A stretch of DNA of 42,137 nucleotides from Candidatus Latescibacterota bacterium (GCA_018335915.1 JAGXRL010000045.1:1-42137), one strand, 5' to 3'; counted from the stretch's first letter, positions 30,343 through 40,180 are shown. The notes: generated from the sequence alone by a model not told the origin. Translations and numbers: made by a program.

Positions 30343-30410
30343 AAACCACTGATTACACGGATTAGACGGATAAATAAGAATTTTAATCATAATCGGTTAA
30401 ATCCGTGGTT
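30343..30410. repeat. two-armed ~9-bp-period inverted repeat element
   Basis: AACCACTGATTACACGGATTAGACGGAT ... AATCGGTTAAATCCGTGGTT. Confidence 0.8.
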
Positions 30411-30430
30411 AATATCAATTGGGAAGGAAA

Positions 30431-30999
30431 ATGTTTAATAAATCAAAAGCAAAAATGTTTAATAAGAGAGCGTCATCAGAAAAATTTAAACCAAAGGAAA
30501 TAATCGCGAGTCTCAATATCAAACCGGGCGATATTATTGCTGATGTCGGGTCGGGCGGCGGATATTATGCGTTTGAATTTGCCAAGAAAACCAGGCCGAA
30601 CGGCGAGATTTATGCGCTCGATACAAATCAGGAATTATTAGATTATATTAATTCTGAAATCCAAACCCATGGCATAACTAATGTCCACACAGTCTTAACC
30701 AAAAATGACGATTTGGGGCTTGCTGAAAACTCGATTGACCTGATGTTTCTGCGTAATGTCTATCATCATTTACCCGAGCCGATAAAATATTTTGGTCGGA
30801 TAAAAAATACTTAAAATTGCACGGACGCATTGCAATTATCGAATACAATAAAAAACAGCGTTTTAATTTATTCCGGCGCGGACGGCACTTTACACCTGAA
30901 CCCGAAATCGTCGGCACCATGACCCGCTGTGGTTATTTGATATCAAACCGCTTCGACTTCCTGCCTGAGCAGGCATTTGTTATATTTAAGAAAGAGTAA
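30431..30999 (+). pseudogene. class I SAM-dependent methyltransferase split by a frameshift near 30802-30807
   Basis: IADVGSGGG, RNVYHH; adding one A to the A6 run restores IKKYLKLHGRIAIIEY. Confidence 0.85.
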
Positions 31000-31004
31000 A
31001 GATT

Positions 31005-31946
31005 GTGCTGAATATCCGACCGTTTATCGAAGACCAGGACGAACCGGTTTATATTGATATCCTAAACCGGGCAATGGCTGAATTTTCCGATTTTACACCA
31101 ATGACACTTACGGATGCAGAAATTGAAAAGAATGCACCGAATATTGATAAACAAGGACGATTCATTGCCGAATGGCGCGGTGTCGCAGCCGGTTACGTTT
31201 ATGCATATCTGGATACAAAACGTGAAGACAAACTTGGGTTTTTGGACGGTCCTTTTGTTATACCCGAATTTTGCAGAAATCATATCGGCACCGCGCTTGC
31301 CGAACTCGCCTTCAAGAGCTTTCAAGAACGAGGTATTAATAAATACGAAGCTGGTGCCCGAAACACTAATATCCCGGCACAAAAATTCGTAGAAAAACTC
31401 GGGTTTAAAATGTACCGCGTGTTCAGCCGGATGAAACATGCTCTCTCGGAAATACCTGAGAATGTCGGCGAAAACAAAGATGTTGTAATTAAAGATATCG
31501 GCACAGATGATGAAGCGCTTAAATTAGAAAATGCTTTGTTAAATGAGGCGATGAAAGAGCATTTCAATTTCCGACCTGTGACACTTGAAGAAACTAAATA
31601 CTACACCAGAGAGCAGCAAAAACAGGGCGTACGGTATAATGATTTTGTTGCGTATGTCAATGATGTGCCTGCCGGGCTTATGATTACATCGATTGACCCC
31701 AAAGAAATTGAACACCAGCAAAAAAAGGTTGCATGGCTTTCGGTCTTGGGTGTGTTAAAACCTTATCGCTCCCAAGGCATTGGCAAGGCATTAATGATTC
31801 ACGCCATGAAATTCCTTAAAGGAAAAGGTATGGACGAAGCAATGCTTGGTGTTGACGACACCAATATTACCAAACCAATGAAAATTTACGAAAGCCTGGG
31901 TTTTGAAGTTGTCTTTAAATTTTATCGGTATCTAAAAGAATCATAA
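31005..31946 (+). CDS. tandem-domain GNAT acetyltransferase
   Basis: Two motif-A copies (RNHIGT, RSQGIGK), LGVD..N, YESLGF. Confidence 0.9.
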   Translation: MLNIRPFIEDQDEPVYIDILNRAMAEFSDFTPMTLTDAEIEKNAPNIDKQGRFIAEWRGVAAGYVYAYLDTKREDKLGFLDGPFVIPEFCRNHIGTALAELAFKSFQERGINKYEAGARNTNIPAQKFVEKLGFKMYRVFSRMKHALSEIPENVGENKDVVIKDIGTDDEALKLENALLNEAMKEHFNFRPVTLEETKYYTREQQKQGVRYNDFVAYVNDVPAGLMITSIDPKEIEHQQKKVAWLSVLGVLKPYRSQGIGKALMIHAMKFLKGKGMDEAMLGVDDTNITKPMKIYESLGFEVVFKFYRYLKES

Positions 31947-31980
31947 CTACAACCAAAGTTTACCTTTAATAATATTTAGA

Positions 31981-32150
31981 GCCGGCATACCGTATCCGGG
32001 TATGGTCATGATGAGCCGTTTACCGGGGTACGCTCAACCAAAACCAGGCATATGTTTAACCGATAAGCGGCTGACGAGGTCGCCATCAGGCATGGTCTGA
32101 TTATTTACTATAACTTTGGTAACCGGCAGTCAAAACAGCTTTAGATGTAG
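31981..32150. repeat. dispersed non-coding element, copy 2 (inverted relative to copy 1)
   Basis: Ungapped homology to 8701-8870. Confidence 0.9.
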
Positions 32151-32396
32151 GCCTGTTTATAAAAGAACAGTTTAACGATTTCCAGGTGAGGTTTGAAGTT
32201 TCGCCAATAAGCTTGTTAAAAAATCGGCATGACAATTGGCTCTTAATCCTGAAACTCTCGAACTCTTAAACTCTTGAGATTTCTTGGCAAAAAAATCTGC
32301 CCTGCACTTTAATTGCGATTTGATGTGACCGTATTTGGAAAATATTTTATTAAACACCATTGACAAACTTGAATTTCTTGTTTTAATAATAATATA

Positions 32397-32413
32397 TCGA
32401 ACAAATTGTTCGA
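32397..32413. promoter_or_regulatory. predicted TetR operator
   Basis: TCGAACAA-A-TTGTTCGA inverted repeat just downstream of a promoter with TTGACA at 32360-32365. Confidence 0.75.
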
Positions 32414-32423
32414 AAAATTTATT

Positions 32424-33005
32424 ATGAATAAAGTTGAAATCAAAAAAGAGATCGTCTTAAATGTGGCGCAGGATATTTTTGCCCAGTATGGTCTAACCAA
32501 AACCATGATTGATGATATCGCAAAAGCGGCCGGGGTTGGCAAAAGTTCGATTTATTATTATTTTAAGAATAAAGAAGATATTTTCCGTGCCGTGATTGAA
32601 ACCCAGGTACAGAAAGTGCAGGAAAAAATCCGCGCCTCCATTAATGCCGCGCCGACCCCGCAGGAAAAATTAAAAGCGTTTGTCATAAGCCGGATGAAAT
32701 CCTTTCGTGAAGTCGCCCATATTTACAACCATGTTTTCAAAGATGAATATTTAAAACACTACGAATATATTCAGAAAATCCGCAAAGATTATGACCAGAT
32801 GGAACTTGATTTGGTTGCGAGTATTTTATCCGAAGGCATAAACAGTGGCGTATTTAAAATTCAAGACCCATCCTTAGCAAGTTTTGTCATAATGGTCGGC
32901 ATAAAAGGATTGGAATATGAATGGGCAACCAGCACTGACATCCAGAAAATGGAACAGGATACAGAAAAACTATTCGAGATTCTTTTCCACGGCATAATGA
33001 AATAA
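32424..33005 (+). CDS. TetR/AcrR family regulator
   Basis: IFAQYG..KT.IDDIAKAAGVGKSSIYYYFKNKEDIF HTH. ATG at 32424 preferred over TTG at 32406, which lies inside the operator. Confidence 0.96.
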   Translation: MNKVEIKKEIVLNVAQDIFAQYGLTKTMIDDIAKAAGVGKSSIYYYFKNKEDIFRAVIETQVQKVQEKIRASINAAPTPQEKLKAFVISRMKSFREVAHIYNHVFKDEYLKHYEYIQKIRKDYDQMELDLVASILSEGINSGVFKIQDPSLASFVIMVGIKGLEYEWATSTDIQKMEQDTEKLFEILFHGIMK

Positions 33006-33062
33006 ATGAGAGCTCGGAAAAACTCGCCCTCAGGACTTCTTCAGAAGTCCCTAAATTGCCAC

Positions 33063-33200
33063 TTGACAACTATATTTTTTTATATATAATTAGAATATAT
33101 GATTAAATTGTTCGAAAATTACATTTATTCGCGTTTGAGATTGTCCCCCAAAAAAATTTTATCCCACATTAGAATAATTAAATATTCTGTTCGAAAATTG
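33063..33200 (+). promoter_or_regulatory. promoter and two TetR operator half-sites for the MMPL operon
   Basis: TTGACA-16 bp-TATAAT (33063-33090); TGTTCGAAAATT at ~33109 and ~33188. Confidence 0.7.
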
Positions 33201-33217
33201 TATAAATTAATGTAAAT

Positions 33218-35518
33218 ATGTTATTTAAATATATTATTAAATACAGAAAAATAGTTATCGCAATAACTATTGTCTTTGTTATATGCTTTGGGTTTTTTGC
33301 TAAAAACATTACGATCAACTCAGATACGACATCTTATCTGCCCAAAACTGATTCAGTGGTCAGATTGTTTAATCACATCAGCGCTGAATACGGCGGCAGT
33401 TCTTTAGCAATTATTGCGATTGAATCCGAAAATATTTTTACACCCGAAATTATTGAACAGATAAATCTGCTCACCCAGCAGTTTAAGTTGATTGAAGGCG
33501 TGGCTGATGTTATCAGTTTAACAAATATTATTGATATAAAAAAGAGCCCTGACGGCATTGATGTTGGCAAACTGATTGACGAGTATCATCTGCCGCAAAC
33601 CGACCAGGACCTTGAAGGTCTGAAAAACTATGTTCTTTCTAAAAATATGTACCGCGGTCATATTGTTTCTGAAGATGCGAGGTCAACCCTGATGATTGTA
33701 CGGCTCAGCGAGGATTTTGACCAGACTCAAATCGTCCGTCAAATCAAAACAATCGCCGATAGCCTGCCGGTCAACGGAAAAATCTATTTTGCCGGCATGC
33801 CGTTTCAGGTGCTGGAAATTAATGATATTATCCGCGCTGATTTAAAACTATTAATTCCGATTGTCGGTTTATTGATTGCGTTATTACTGTTGCTCAGTTT
33901 CCGTTCTTTGCCAGGCGTTGCGATTCCTCTCTTATCCGTATCATTCAGTATCGTTGTGACGCTCGGCATGATGAGTTTGCTAAAAGTACCGCTCACGATT
34001 ATTTCTAATATCATACCCGTGATTTTGTTTACGGTTGGCAGCGCTTATAGTATCCATGTTATTAATAAGTATAATGAAAATAAATTCGCAAGCCGATTTT
34101 CTGGCTCTAAAGACCTTGGTTTATGGCTGCGAGAAATAAGTTTGCCGGTAACTCTTGCCGCAATCACCACTGTTGCCGGATTTATTGCTTTTATTTTCGG
34201 CTCGTATCTGACCATGATTAAAGAGTTCGGGGTATTTTCGGGTGTCGGCATTTTTCTGGCGGCTATTCTTTCTTTAACCTTTGTGCCCGCGCTCTTAAGT
34301 GTTCTTCCGAAAAGAAATCACAAGACCGATTTGTCCGTCCCGGTGCTAAACCAAAAAAACCGGCCGACAACAAACAGACCTGCTTTTGTATCATCTTTGT
34401 TCACGCGCTGCGAGTCAGTCATTTTAAAAAATACAAAGCTGATCGTAGTTTTAACAATAATTGTTGCCCTTATCAGCATCTTTGGCATACCCCGGATAAA
34501 GCGCGCTTCAGACCTGGTCGGATTTTTTAAATCCTCAAGTCAGATTCGGATTTCAGAACAGTTTATGAAAAACAATTTTGGCGGCTCAGTTCCGATTCAA
34601 ATCTTGGTCAGCGGTGATATCCAGGATCCGCTCGTGCTTAAAGAAATGAAGAAGATTACCGATTTTTTACAGTCACAACAAGACATTTATAATCCGCAAT
34701 CAATCGCTGATTTAATTGAAGAGATGAGTTATGTAATTGGCGAAGGAAAAATCATTCCTGACTCAAAAGCAAAAGTCGCTAATCTCTGGTTTCTTTTAGA
34801 AGGCGAAGAAGTGGTAAACCAGATGGTTAATCATGATAAATCTGAAGCCGTGATTCAGGCAATGGTGGTCTCGACCCAAGCCGAACCGAGCCGGCACATG
34901 ATTGAAAATATCCGGGCGTTTCTTAACCGTGCCGATACCACTATCGCTTGTTTTGCCCTGACCGGTTCGCCGGTCATTTATGACCGCTTAGACAAGAGTC
35001 TTGTCAAAAGCCAGTTCCAAAGTCTGATTATTGCGATCCTGCTCGTCTTTATCTGCCTGACTTTGATGCTCGGCTCTTTTTGGGGTGGTTTAATTGGCTT
35101 AGCGCCGATTCTTTTAACCTTACTCATAATTTTTGGTTTTATGGGTTATGCGAAAATTCCATTGGATGTTGCAACCGTCCTGGTCGGCAGCGTTTCGATT
35201 GGAATTGGCATTGACTATTCGATTCATTTTTTGAACCGTTATCGGAAAGAACTTGCCGACAGAAAAAACAGGTCCCAGGCTTTGCACCAAACCTTTAAAA
35301 CCTCGGGCCGGGCAATATTGATCAATGTCCTTGCTGTTACCGGCGGTTTTTTAGTGCTGTTGTTTGCCAATTTAATCCCTTTACAAAGATTTGGCATGCT
35401 CGTTGCGATTACCATGGTCGGTTCGGGTTTGAGCACCCTCACTTTATTACCGGCCTTAATATTAATATCAAAACATAATTTAACTAAAACCAAGGAGCGT
35501 AATAATGAAAAACAATAA
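33218..35518 (+). CDS. MMPL/RND family transporter
   Basis: Two repeats of TM + periplasmic domain + 5 TM; GSAYSIH and GIGIDYSIH motifs. Confidence 0.95.
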   Translation: MLFKYIIKYRKIVIAITIVFVICFGFFAKNITINSDTTSYLPKTDSVVRLFNHISAEYGGSSLAIIAIESENIFTPEIIEQINLLTQQFKLIEGVADVISLTNIIDIKKSPDGIDVGKLIDEYHLPQTDQDLEGLKNYVLSKNMYRGHIVSEDARSTLMIVRLSEDFDQTQIVRQIKTIADSLPVNGKIYFAGMPFQVLEINDIIRADLKLLIPIVGLLIALLLLLSFRSLPGVAIPLLSVSFSIVVTLGMMSLLKVPLTIISNIIPVILFTVGSAYSIHVINKYNENKFASRFSGSKDLGLWLREISLPVTLAAITTVAGFIAFIFGSYLTMIKEFGVFSGVGIFLAAILSLTFVPALLSVLPKRNHKTDLSVPVLNQKNRPTTNRPAFVSSLFTRCESVILKNTKLIVVLTIIVALISIFGIPRIKRASDLVGFFKSSSQIRISEQFMKNNFGGSVPIQILVSGDIQDPLVLKEMKKITDFLQSQQDIYNPQSIADLIEEMSYVIGEGKIIPDSKAKVANLWFLLEGEEVVNQMVNHDKSEAVIQAMVVSTQAEPSRHMIENIRAFLNRADTTIACFALTGSPVIYDRLDKSLVKSQFQSLIIAILLVFICLTLMLGSFWGGLIGLAPILLTLLIIFGFMGYAKIPLDVATVLVGSVSIGIGIDYSIHFLNRYRKELADRKNRSQALHQTFKTSGRAILINVLAVTGGFLVLLFANLIPLQRFGMLVAITMVGSGLSTLTLLPALILISKHNLTKTKERNNEKQ

Positions 35519-36260
35519 AATAAAAACATTTACCATTGCCATAACATTTTTTCTTTTCTGGATTGTAGGCTTGGCGCAAAATCAGGAATTGACCGCGATT
35601 CAAATCCTGCAAAAAGTTGACCAGTGCCTGAACGGTCCTTCGGACCAGGAAATGCGGTTAGAGCTGCTATTAATCGATAAAAACGGCCGAGAACAGACCC
35701 GCGAAATCATGATGATGCAAAAAGGCAGTGACAAACGAATCGGTAAATTCCTGTCTCCGGCTGACCAGAAAGGTATTGGTTTTCTGTCCTTACCAGACAA
35801 TGTCTTTTATATCTATCTGCCGGCTTATAAAAAAACCCGGCGCATTGCCGCACATATCAAGAACACCAAATTTGCCGGCACTGATTTTACCTATGAAGAT
35901 ATGGAAGCGAAAAATTACTCCCGGGATTGGACTGTGCAAACGCTCTCAAGCGAAAACAGCTGGCATAAACTGGAATTACTGCCCAAGCCGGGCGTTTCGA
36001 CTGAATATGGCAAGATAATTTTACGGGTAAGAACCGACAACTTCTATCCCGAGATTGTTGAATATTATGATAAAGCTGACAAACTCTATAAGAAAATGAC
36101 CAGTGATAAAATTGAAAAGGTAGACGGTTTCTGGGTTGCCAAGGAGTCGTTCATGGAAGATTTAAAATCTGGACATAAAACCCGCATGATTTTACAGGAT
36201 GTTAAGTTTAACACGAACATTGCTGCGGATAAATTTACTGAAAGATACCTGGCACAATAA
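35505..36260 (+). CDS. LolA-like outer membrane lipoprotein-sorting protein
   Basis: Signal peptide; FLSPADQKGIGFL, YLPA..K.RRI, FAGTDFTYED. Confidence 0.9.
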   Translation: MKNNKIKTFTIAITFFLFWIVGLAQNQELTAIQILQKVDQCLNGPSDQEMRLELLLIDKNGREQTREIMMMQKGSDKRIGKFLSPADQKGIGFLSLPDNVFYIYLPAYKKTRRIAAHIKNTKFAGTDFTYEDMEAKNYSRDWTVQTLSSENSWHKLELLPKPGVSTEYGKIILRVRTDNFYPEIVEYYDKADKLYKKMTSDKIEKVDGFWVAKESFMEDLKSGHKTRMILQDVKFNTNIAADKFTERYLAQ

Positions 36261-36270
36261 GGAGTAAAAC

Positions 36271-37605
36271 ATGAGAAAGCATCCTTTGCAAATCGGCCTT
36301 GTGCTTTTATGTGCTTTTTCTTGCTTATGCGCATCGATTGAATGGAGCGGTTATTTGCAAACCGACAACCGCATCCGAACCAAAGACTGGTCTTATTCCT
36401 GGCAAGAATACCGGTTATCCCTGCAGACCGATTATAAACCGAATGACAATATCCGTTTCTCGAGCGAACTCTGGTTGCGTTCAATCGGATTCCCCGATAT
36501 AAAAACAAGCAATGATTTAAGCAATAACCAGAAGATTGCACCGGCTGCGCTCGATTTGCGTGAGGCATATGTTGACCTGTATGGTTTAGTGAGCCGGAAT
36601 CTCGACCTGCGCATTGGACGGCAAAGAATCGCCTGGGGCGTGGCAGACAAATTAAATCCGACTGACAACCTTAATCCAAATGATTTAGAAGACATCTGGG
36701 ATTTTGGTCGGCACCTGGCATCAAATGGCATCAGAGCATCTTATTATATTAAAGATTTATCATTGAGTGGTGTTTTTATTCCGGTCTTCACCCCGGCAGT
36801 TTTGCCCCAAGGAGATTGGGCAAGTGCCTTAACCCCGACCATTCCTCTTGCGCAAGGATTTTCATATCGCAACATAACCGACACCATAATTATGCCCGAC
36901 CATACGCTAAAACAGAACTCTATTTACGGAGCAAGACTTGCTGGTAACCTGCTTAATTATGATTTTTCTCTAAGTTATGTATATACCCGTTATGACCTGC
37001 CGCTTTTGAACCGCATGACTTTTATTCCGACCTCAAACCCGCTCGAAGTTGACCTTCAATATCAACTTGTTTTCCCACGCACCCATATTATCGGTTTTGA
37101 CCTTGCCGGTGCAATCAAAGACATCGGTATTTGGGCAGAAGCGGCAATGTACCTACCCGAAAAAACTATCCTTACAACTGACCTGTCTTTGCTTGGCATG
37201 GGAACACAAAATACGGTTCTGTTAGAAAAACCATATCTGCGATATATCATCGGTCTTGACTATACTTTTAAAAATGGTATTTATATTAATGGACAATATC
37301 TGCGCGGCTTTGTACACGAACGCGGCAATGAAAATTTAGAAGATTACTTTACTTTTGCTATGGAATGGAAATTCTTGCAAGATAGATTAAAATTGAGTCC
37401 GCTTAACTCGGCGATTGAGATTAAAAACTGGCAAGATATTAAGCATAATTATGCCCTTGCGCTATCACCGGAGATTAGTTTTAATCCTTTTAGTGGTGCC
37501 GAATTGGCAATCGGATTTCGATGGCTCCAAGGATCAAACACAACTACTTTTGGTCGTGCTCAAGATAATGACGAACTATACTTAAAAGTAAAATATTGTT
37601 TTTAG
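36271..37605 (+). CDS. probable outer-membrane beta-barrel (DUF1302-like)
   Basis: Signal peptide, LREAYVD, RIGRQRIAWG.AD..NPTD, terminal LKVKYCF beta signal. Confidence 0.8.
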   Translation: MRKHPLQIGLVLLCAFSCLCASIEWSGYLQTDNRIRTKDWSYSWQEYRLSLQTDYKPNDNIRFSSELWLRSIGFPDIKTSNDLSNNQKIAPAALDLREAYVDLYGLVSRNLDLRIGRQRIAWGVADKLNPTDNLNPNDLEDIWDFGRHLASNGIRASYYIKDLSLSGVFIPVFTPAVLPQGDWASALTPTIPLAQGFSYRNITDTIIMPDHTLKQNSIYGARLAGNLLNYDFSLSYVYTRYDLPLLNRMTFIPTSNPLEVDLQYQLVFPRTHIIGFDLAGAIKDIGIWAEAAMYLPEKTILTTDLSLLGMGTQNTVLLEKPYLRYIIGLDYTFKNGIYINGQYLRGFVHERGNENLEDYFTFAMEWKFLQDRLKLSPLNSAIEIKNWQDIKHNYALALSPEISFNPFSGAELAIGFRWLQGSNTTTFGRAQDNDELYLKVKYCF

Positions 37606-37620
37606 AGAAATTAATTGCCG

Positions 37621-38361
37621 ATGAAGAAACGCCTATTTATCATTTTAGGGATGCTTTTATTATGCATCTCTTTAAACGCACAGACAGGTGACACCTTAAT
37701 AAATCAAGCATTACAATTATTTGAAACCAGGCACTTAAATGAGGACAATACAGATGAAAGCGCTCGAATCTTAGAAAAAACTCTCCAAACCGAACCCGAT
37801 AACCTGACTGCGCTTTACAAATTATCTCAAATCTATTATACCATTGCTGACCACGCCCCAACCAAACAAGAAAAACTTCACTGTTTTAACAAAGGCATTG
37901 ATTATGCCCAAAAAGCAATCCGCATTGATTCCGGTTCAGTCTGGGCGCATTTCTGGTATATGGCAAACCTCGGCGCGGCAACCCAATTAAAAGGAATTTT
38001 CTCATCGCTCGCGTCAGTATCTGAAGTCAAAAGAGAAATTAATCTCGTCCTCAAACTTGACCCGGTAAATGTCTGGGCGCTTAACGCTCAGGCAAATGTC
38101 TATTATGAACTGCCCGGCATCTTGGGTGGCGATTTAGATAAATCGATCGAGATATTACAGCGCGCAATTGCAATTGACCCGAATTATTCCATCCTTTACA
38201 TCAGTCTGGCAAATGTTTATATCAAAAAGAAAGATTACCGTAATGCGCGGTTCTATCTTAATCAGGTTCTGACTTTAGAAAATCCGCACCCCTTAGCAGA
38301 TTACGTTATCGATGACAAACCAAATGCCTTAAAACTACTGCGGCAAATCCAGGGTAAATAA
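37621..38361 (+). CDS. exported TPR protein (TatT-like)
   Basis: Signal peptide; TPR repeats; YYELPGILGGD motif. Confidence 0.8.
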   Translation: MKKRLFIILGMLLLCISLNAQTGDTLINQALQLFETRHLNEDNTDESARILEKTLQTEPDNLTALYKLSQIYYTIADHAPTKQEKLHCFNKGIDYAQKAIRIDSGSVWAHFWYMANLGAATQLKGIFSSLASVSEVKREINLVLKLDPVNVWALNAQANVYYELPGILGGDLDKSIEILQRAIAIDPNYSILYISLANVYIKKKDYRNARFYLNQVLTLENPHPLADYVIDDKPNALKLLRQIQGK

Positions 38362-38363
38362 AT

Positions 38364-38963
38364 TCAAAAGTTTCTGTGTAAATCCTTGATAAAAGCATTG
38401 GCGGCTTTGATTAAAAATTGATTATATGTTTCCCGGTCCAGAGCAATTATCATTGATTTGTTTTCTCTGAATTCATCGAGCGTGTCGATGAATTCACCCC
38501 ATAATTTCATTATTGCGCTTATCGAGAGAAAATTTAATACCGGAATTCCGCTAATTTGAGTGTGCGGTTCTTTGATGTTCTTGACAAAATCTTTTATTGC
38601 AAGCATGTCATAATTTCTGACATTTTCTTTGAATTCGACAGGCGAACCTGCAATTTTTAACTCTTCGTCCTGGGTCAATGTAAAACAGTCGAGCCATAAG
38701 TGGCTATAATAACCACCGATAAAAGAACGCTCGGTAAGATTTTTTTGTCTGCGGTTTTTTTGAGTAATATCCAAAAAGAATTTTAAATCTGACATGGTAT
38801 GGGTTAAAATAAAATGATGGGTTTGAAACGCCCTGTCATCCTGAAGAGCATTAGCCGAATCCGGAGCAATGCTTCCCAAAACAAAACATTTATTATCAAA
38901 TGAAATCTCAATCCTTTCGAGTACAATCCGTGAAAAATTAATATGGGTGCTGATGCCAGGCAT
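38364..38963 (-). CDS. zinc-dependent phospholipase C family protein
   Basis: MP...TH, LGSIAPD, THHF, GYYSHLWLD. Confidence 0.75.
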   Translation of the reverse strand: MPGISTHINFSRIVLERIEISFDNKCFVLGSIAPDSANALQDDRAFQTHHFILTHTMSDLKFFLDITQKNRRQKNLTERSFIGGYYSHLWLDCFTLTQDEELKIAGSPVEFKENVRNYDMLAIKDFVKNIKEPHTQISGIPVLNFLSISAIMKLWGEFIDTLDEFRENKSMIIALDRETYNQFLIKAANAFIKDLHRNF

Positions 38964-38974
38964 AATACCCTTGA

Positions 38975-40099
38975 TTAAAGTAAAAAGCTGACCAGCTGGT
39001 CTATCTCTGCCTTGGTATTGTAAAAATGCGGGGAGATGCGAAGATATCCGTTTCGCAAAGAACAGACGATATTGTTTTCTTTTAATTTTTGATACAACTC
39101 GGCACTGTCTTTATCTTTTCTCTTAAAACTGACAATCCCTGCACGCTCGCGTCGGTTTTTCGGGGTGATAATTTCGAACTGAGGGGTGGCAATTTTATCG
39201 AGCAGATAACTGGTCAGATCCAAGACCTGTGCTTCAATTTTATCAATGCCAATCTGGTCAAACAGTTTAAGCGATTCTTTAAAACCGACCATGCCTAAAT
39301 AATTTTTCGTTCCTTCTTCAAATCGTGCCGCAGTCGGTTTTAATTTGCGTGGTTTTGCGATATCGTAAAAATTATCCCATTCGGCACTGAGCCAGCCCAG
39401 ATTACACGGCTTTAAATTTCCCAGAATGCTTTTATTTACATAAAGAATGCCGATGCCATGCGGACCCAATAACCATTTGGGCGCGGCAGACGAGAAGAAA
39501 TCAGGTTGAATGTCGCCTAAATCAATCCGAACCGCGCCGCACCCCTGCATGCCGTCAACAATAAAATAGACCTTATGCTCTTTGCAGATTTGAGCAATTC
39601 GTTTTAAATCGATTCGAATCCCGTTCAGAAAATTCACCCAATCCAAAGACACTGCTTTGGTTTTTGCGTCAATTAATTTAAGAATACAATCCGGATTATC
39701 CAAAACTTCCCTGCTCGCGACATATCGCTTTTCGACTTCTGGTAAAAGATATCGAAAAGGTGCCGAATTGGTTGGAAACGCATCCTGCATCAGAATCACA
39801 TTATCGCCTTTTTCAAAACCAATTGAACCGATTGCATAAATAATGCCCTGGCTCGTATTCTGCACAAAACAAATTTCATCGTTTGAACAGTTAAGAAGTT
39901 CTGCTGCCAATACCCGCGTTGAATTGGATAACTGCTCATATTCCTGCCATTCAATCATACCCTGTTCAGAATATTTTCTTGCCATGTCTGATATTGCCAT
40001 AACCGCGGGCATCGGTAAAGGACCGGTCGAGGCGTGATTCAGATAATTATAATTTTCGGTCAATAAAAATAATTTTCGATAATTGGTTAAATCAAACAT
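38975..40099 (-). CDS. aminotransferase class V / cysteine desulfurase-like PLP enzyme
   Basis: YLNHASTGP, VDGMQ, KWLLGP.G.G, RFEEGT, RISPHFYN. ATG at 40099 preferred because the longer start overlaps the -35 element. Confidence 0.92.
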   Translation of the reverse strand: MFDLTNYRKLFLLTENYNYLNHASTGPLPMPAVMAISDMARKYSEQGMIEWQEYEQLSNSTRVLAAELLNCSNDEICFVQNTSQGIIYAIGSIGFEKGDNVILMQDAFPTNSAPFRYLLPEVEKRYVASREVLDNPDCILKLIDAKTKAVSLDWVNFLNGIRIDLKRIAQICKEHKVYFIVDGMQGCGAVRIDLGDIQPDFFSSAAPKWLLGPHGIGILYVNKSILGNLKPCNLGWLSAEWDNFYDIAKPRKLKPTAARFEEGTKNYLGMVGFKESLKLFDQIGIDKIEAQVLDLTSYLLDKIATPQFEIITPKNRRERAGIVSFKRKDKDSAELYQKLKENNIVCSLRNGYLRISPHFYNTKAEIDQLVSFLL

Positions 40100-40151
40100 A
40101 CTCTTTAATAAACAGGTAAAATCTATATTTGTCAAGGATAATAAGTTTTAC

Positions 40152-40180
40152 TTGACAAAAAGAATTCTATTTATTACTAT
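40152..40180 (+). promoter_or_regulatory. sigma70 promoter
   Basis: TTGACA-17 bp-TACTAT, back to back with a minus-strand TTGACA at 40130-40135. Confidence 0.65.

Noticed and set aside
5860-30410. CRISPR array or integron attC interpretation of the short repeats
   Set aside because: No regular repeat-spacer array, no cas or intI gene, no consistent RYYYAAC/GTTRRRY ends.
8870-31981. 23-kb invertible segment or composite transposon bounded by the inverted copies
   Set aside because: Copies are only ~78% identical, the interior is core genes, and no recombinase or transposase is present.
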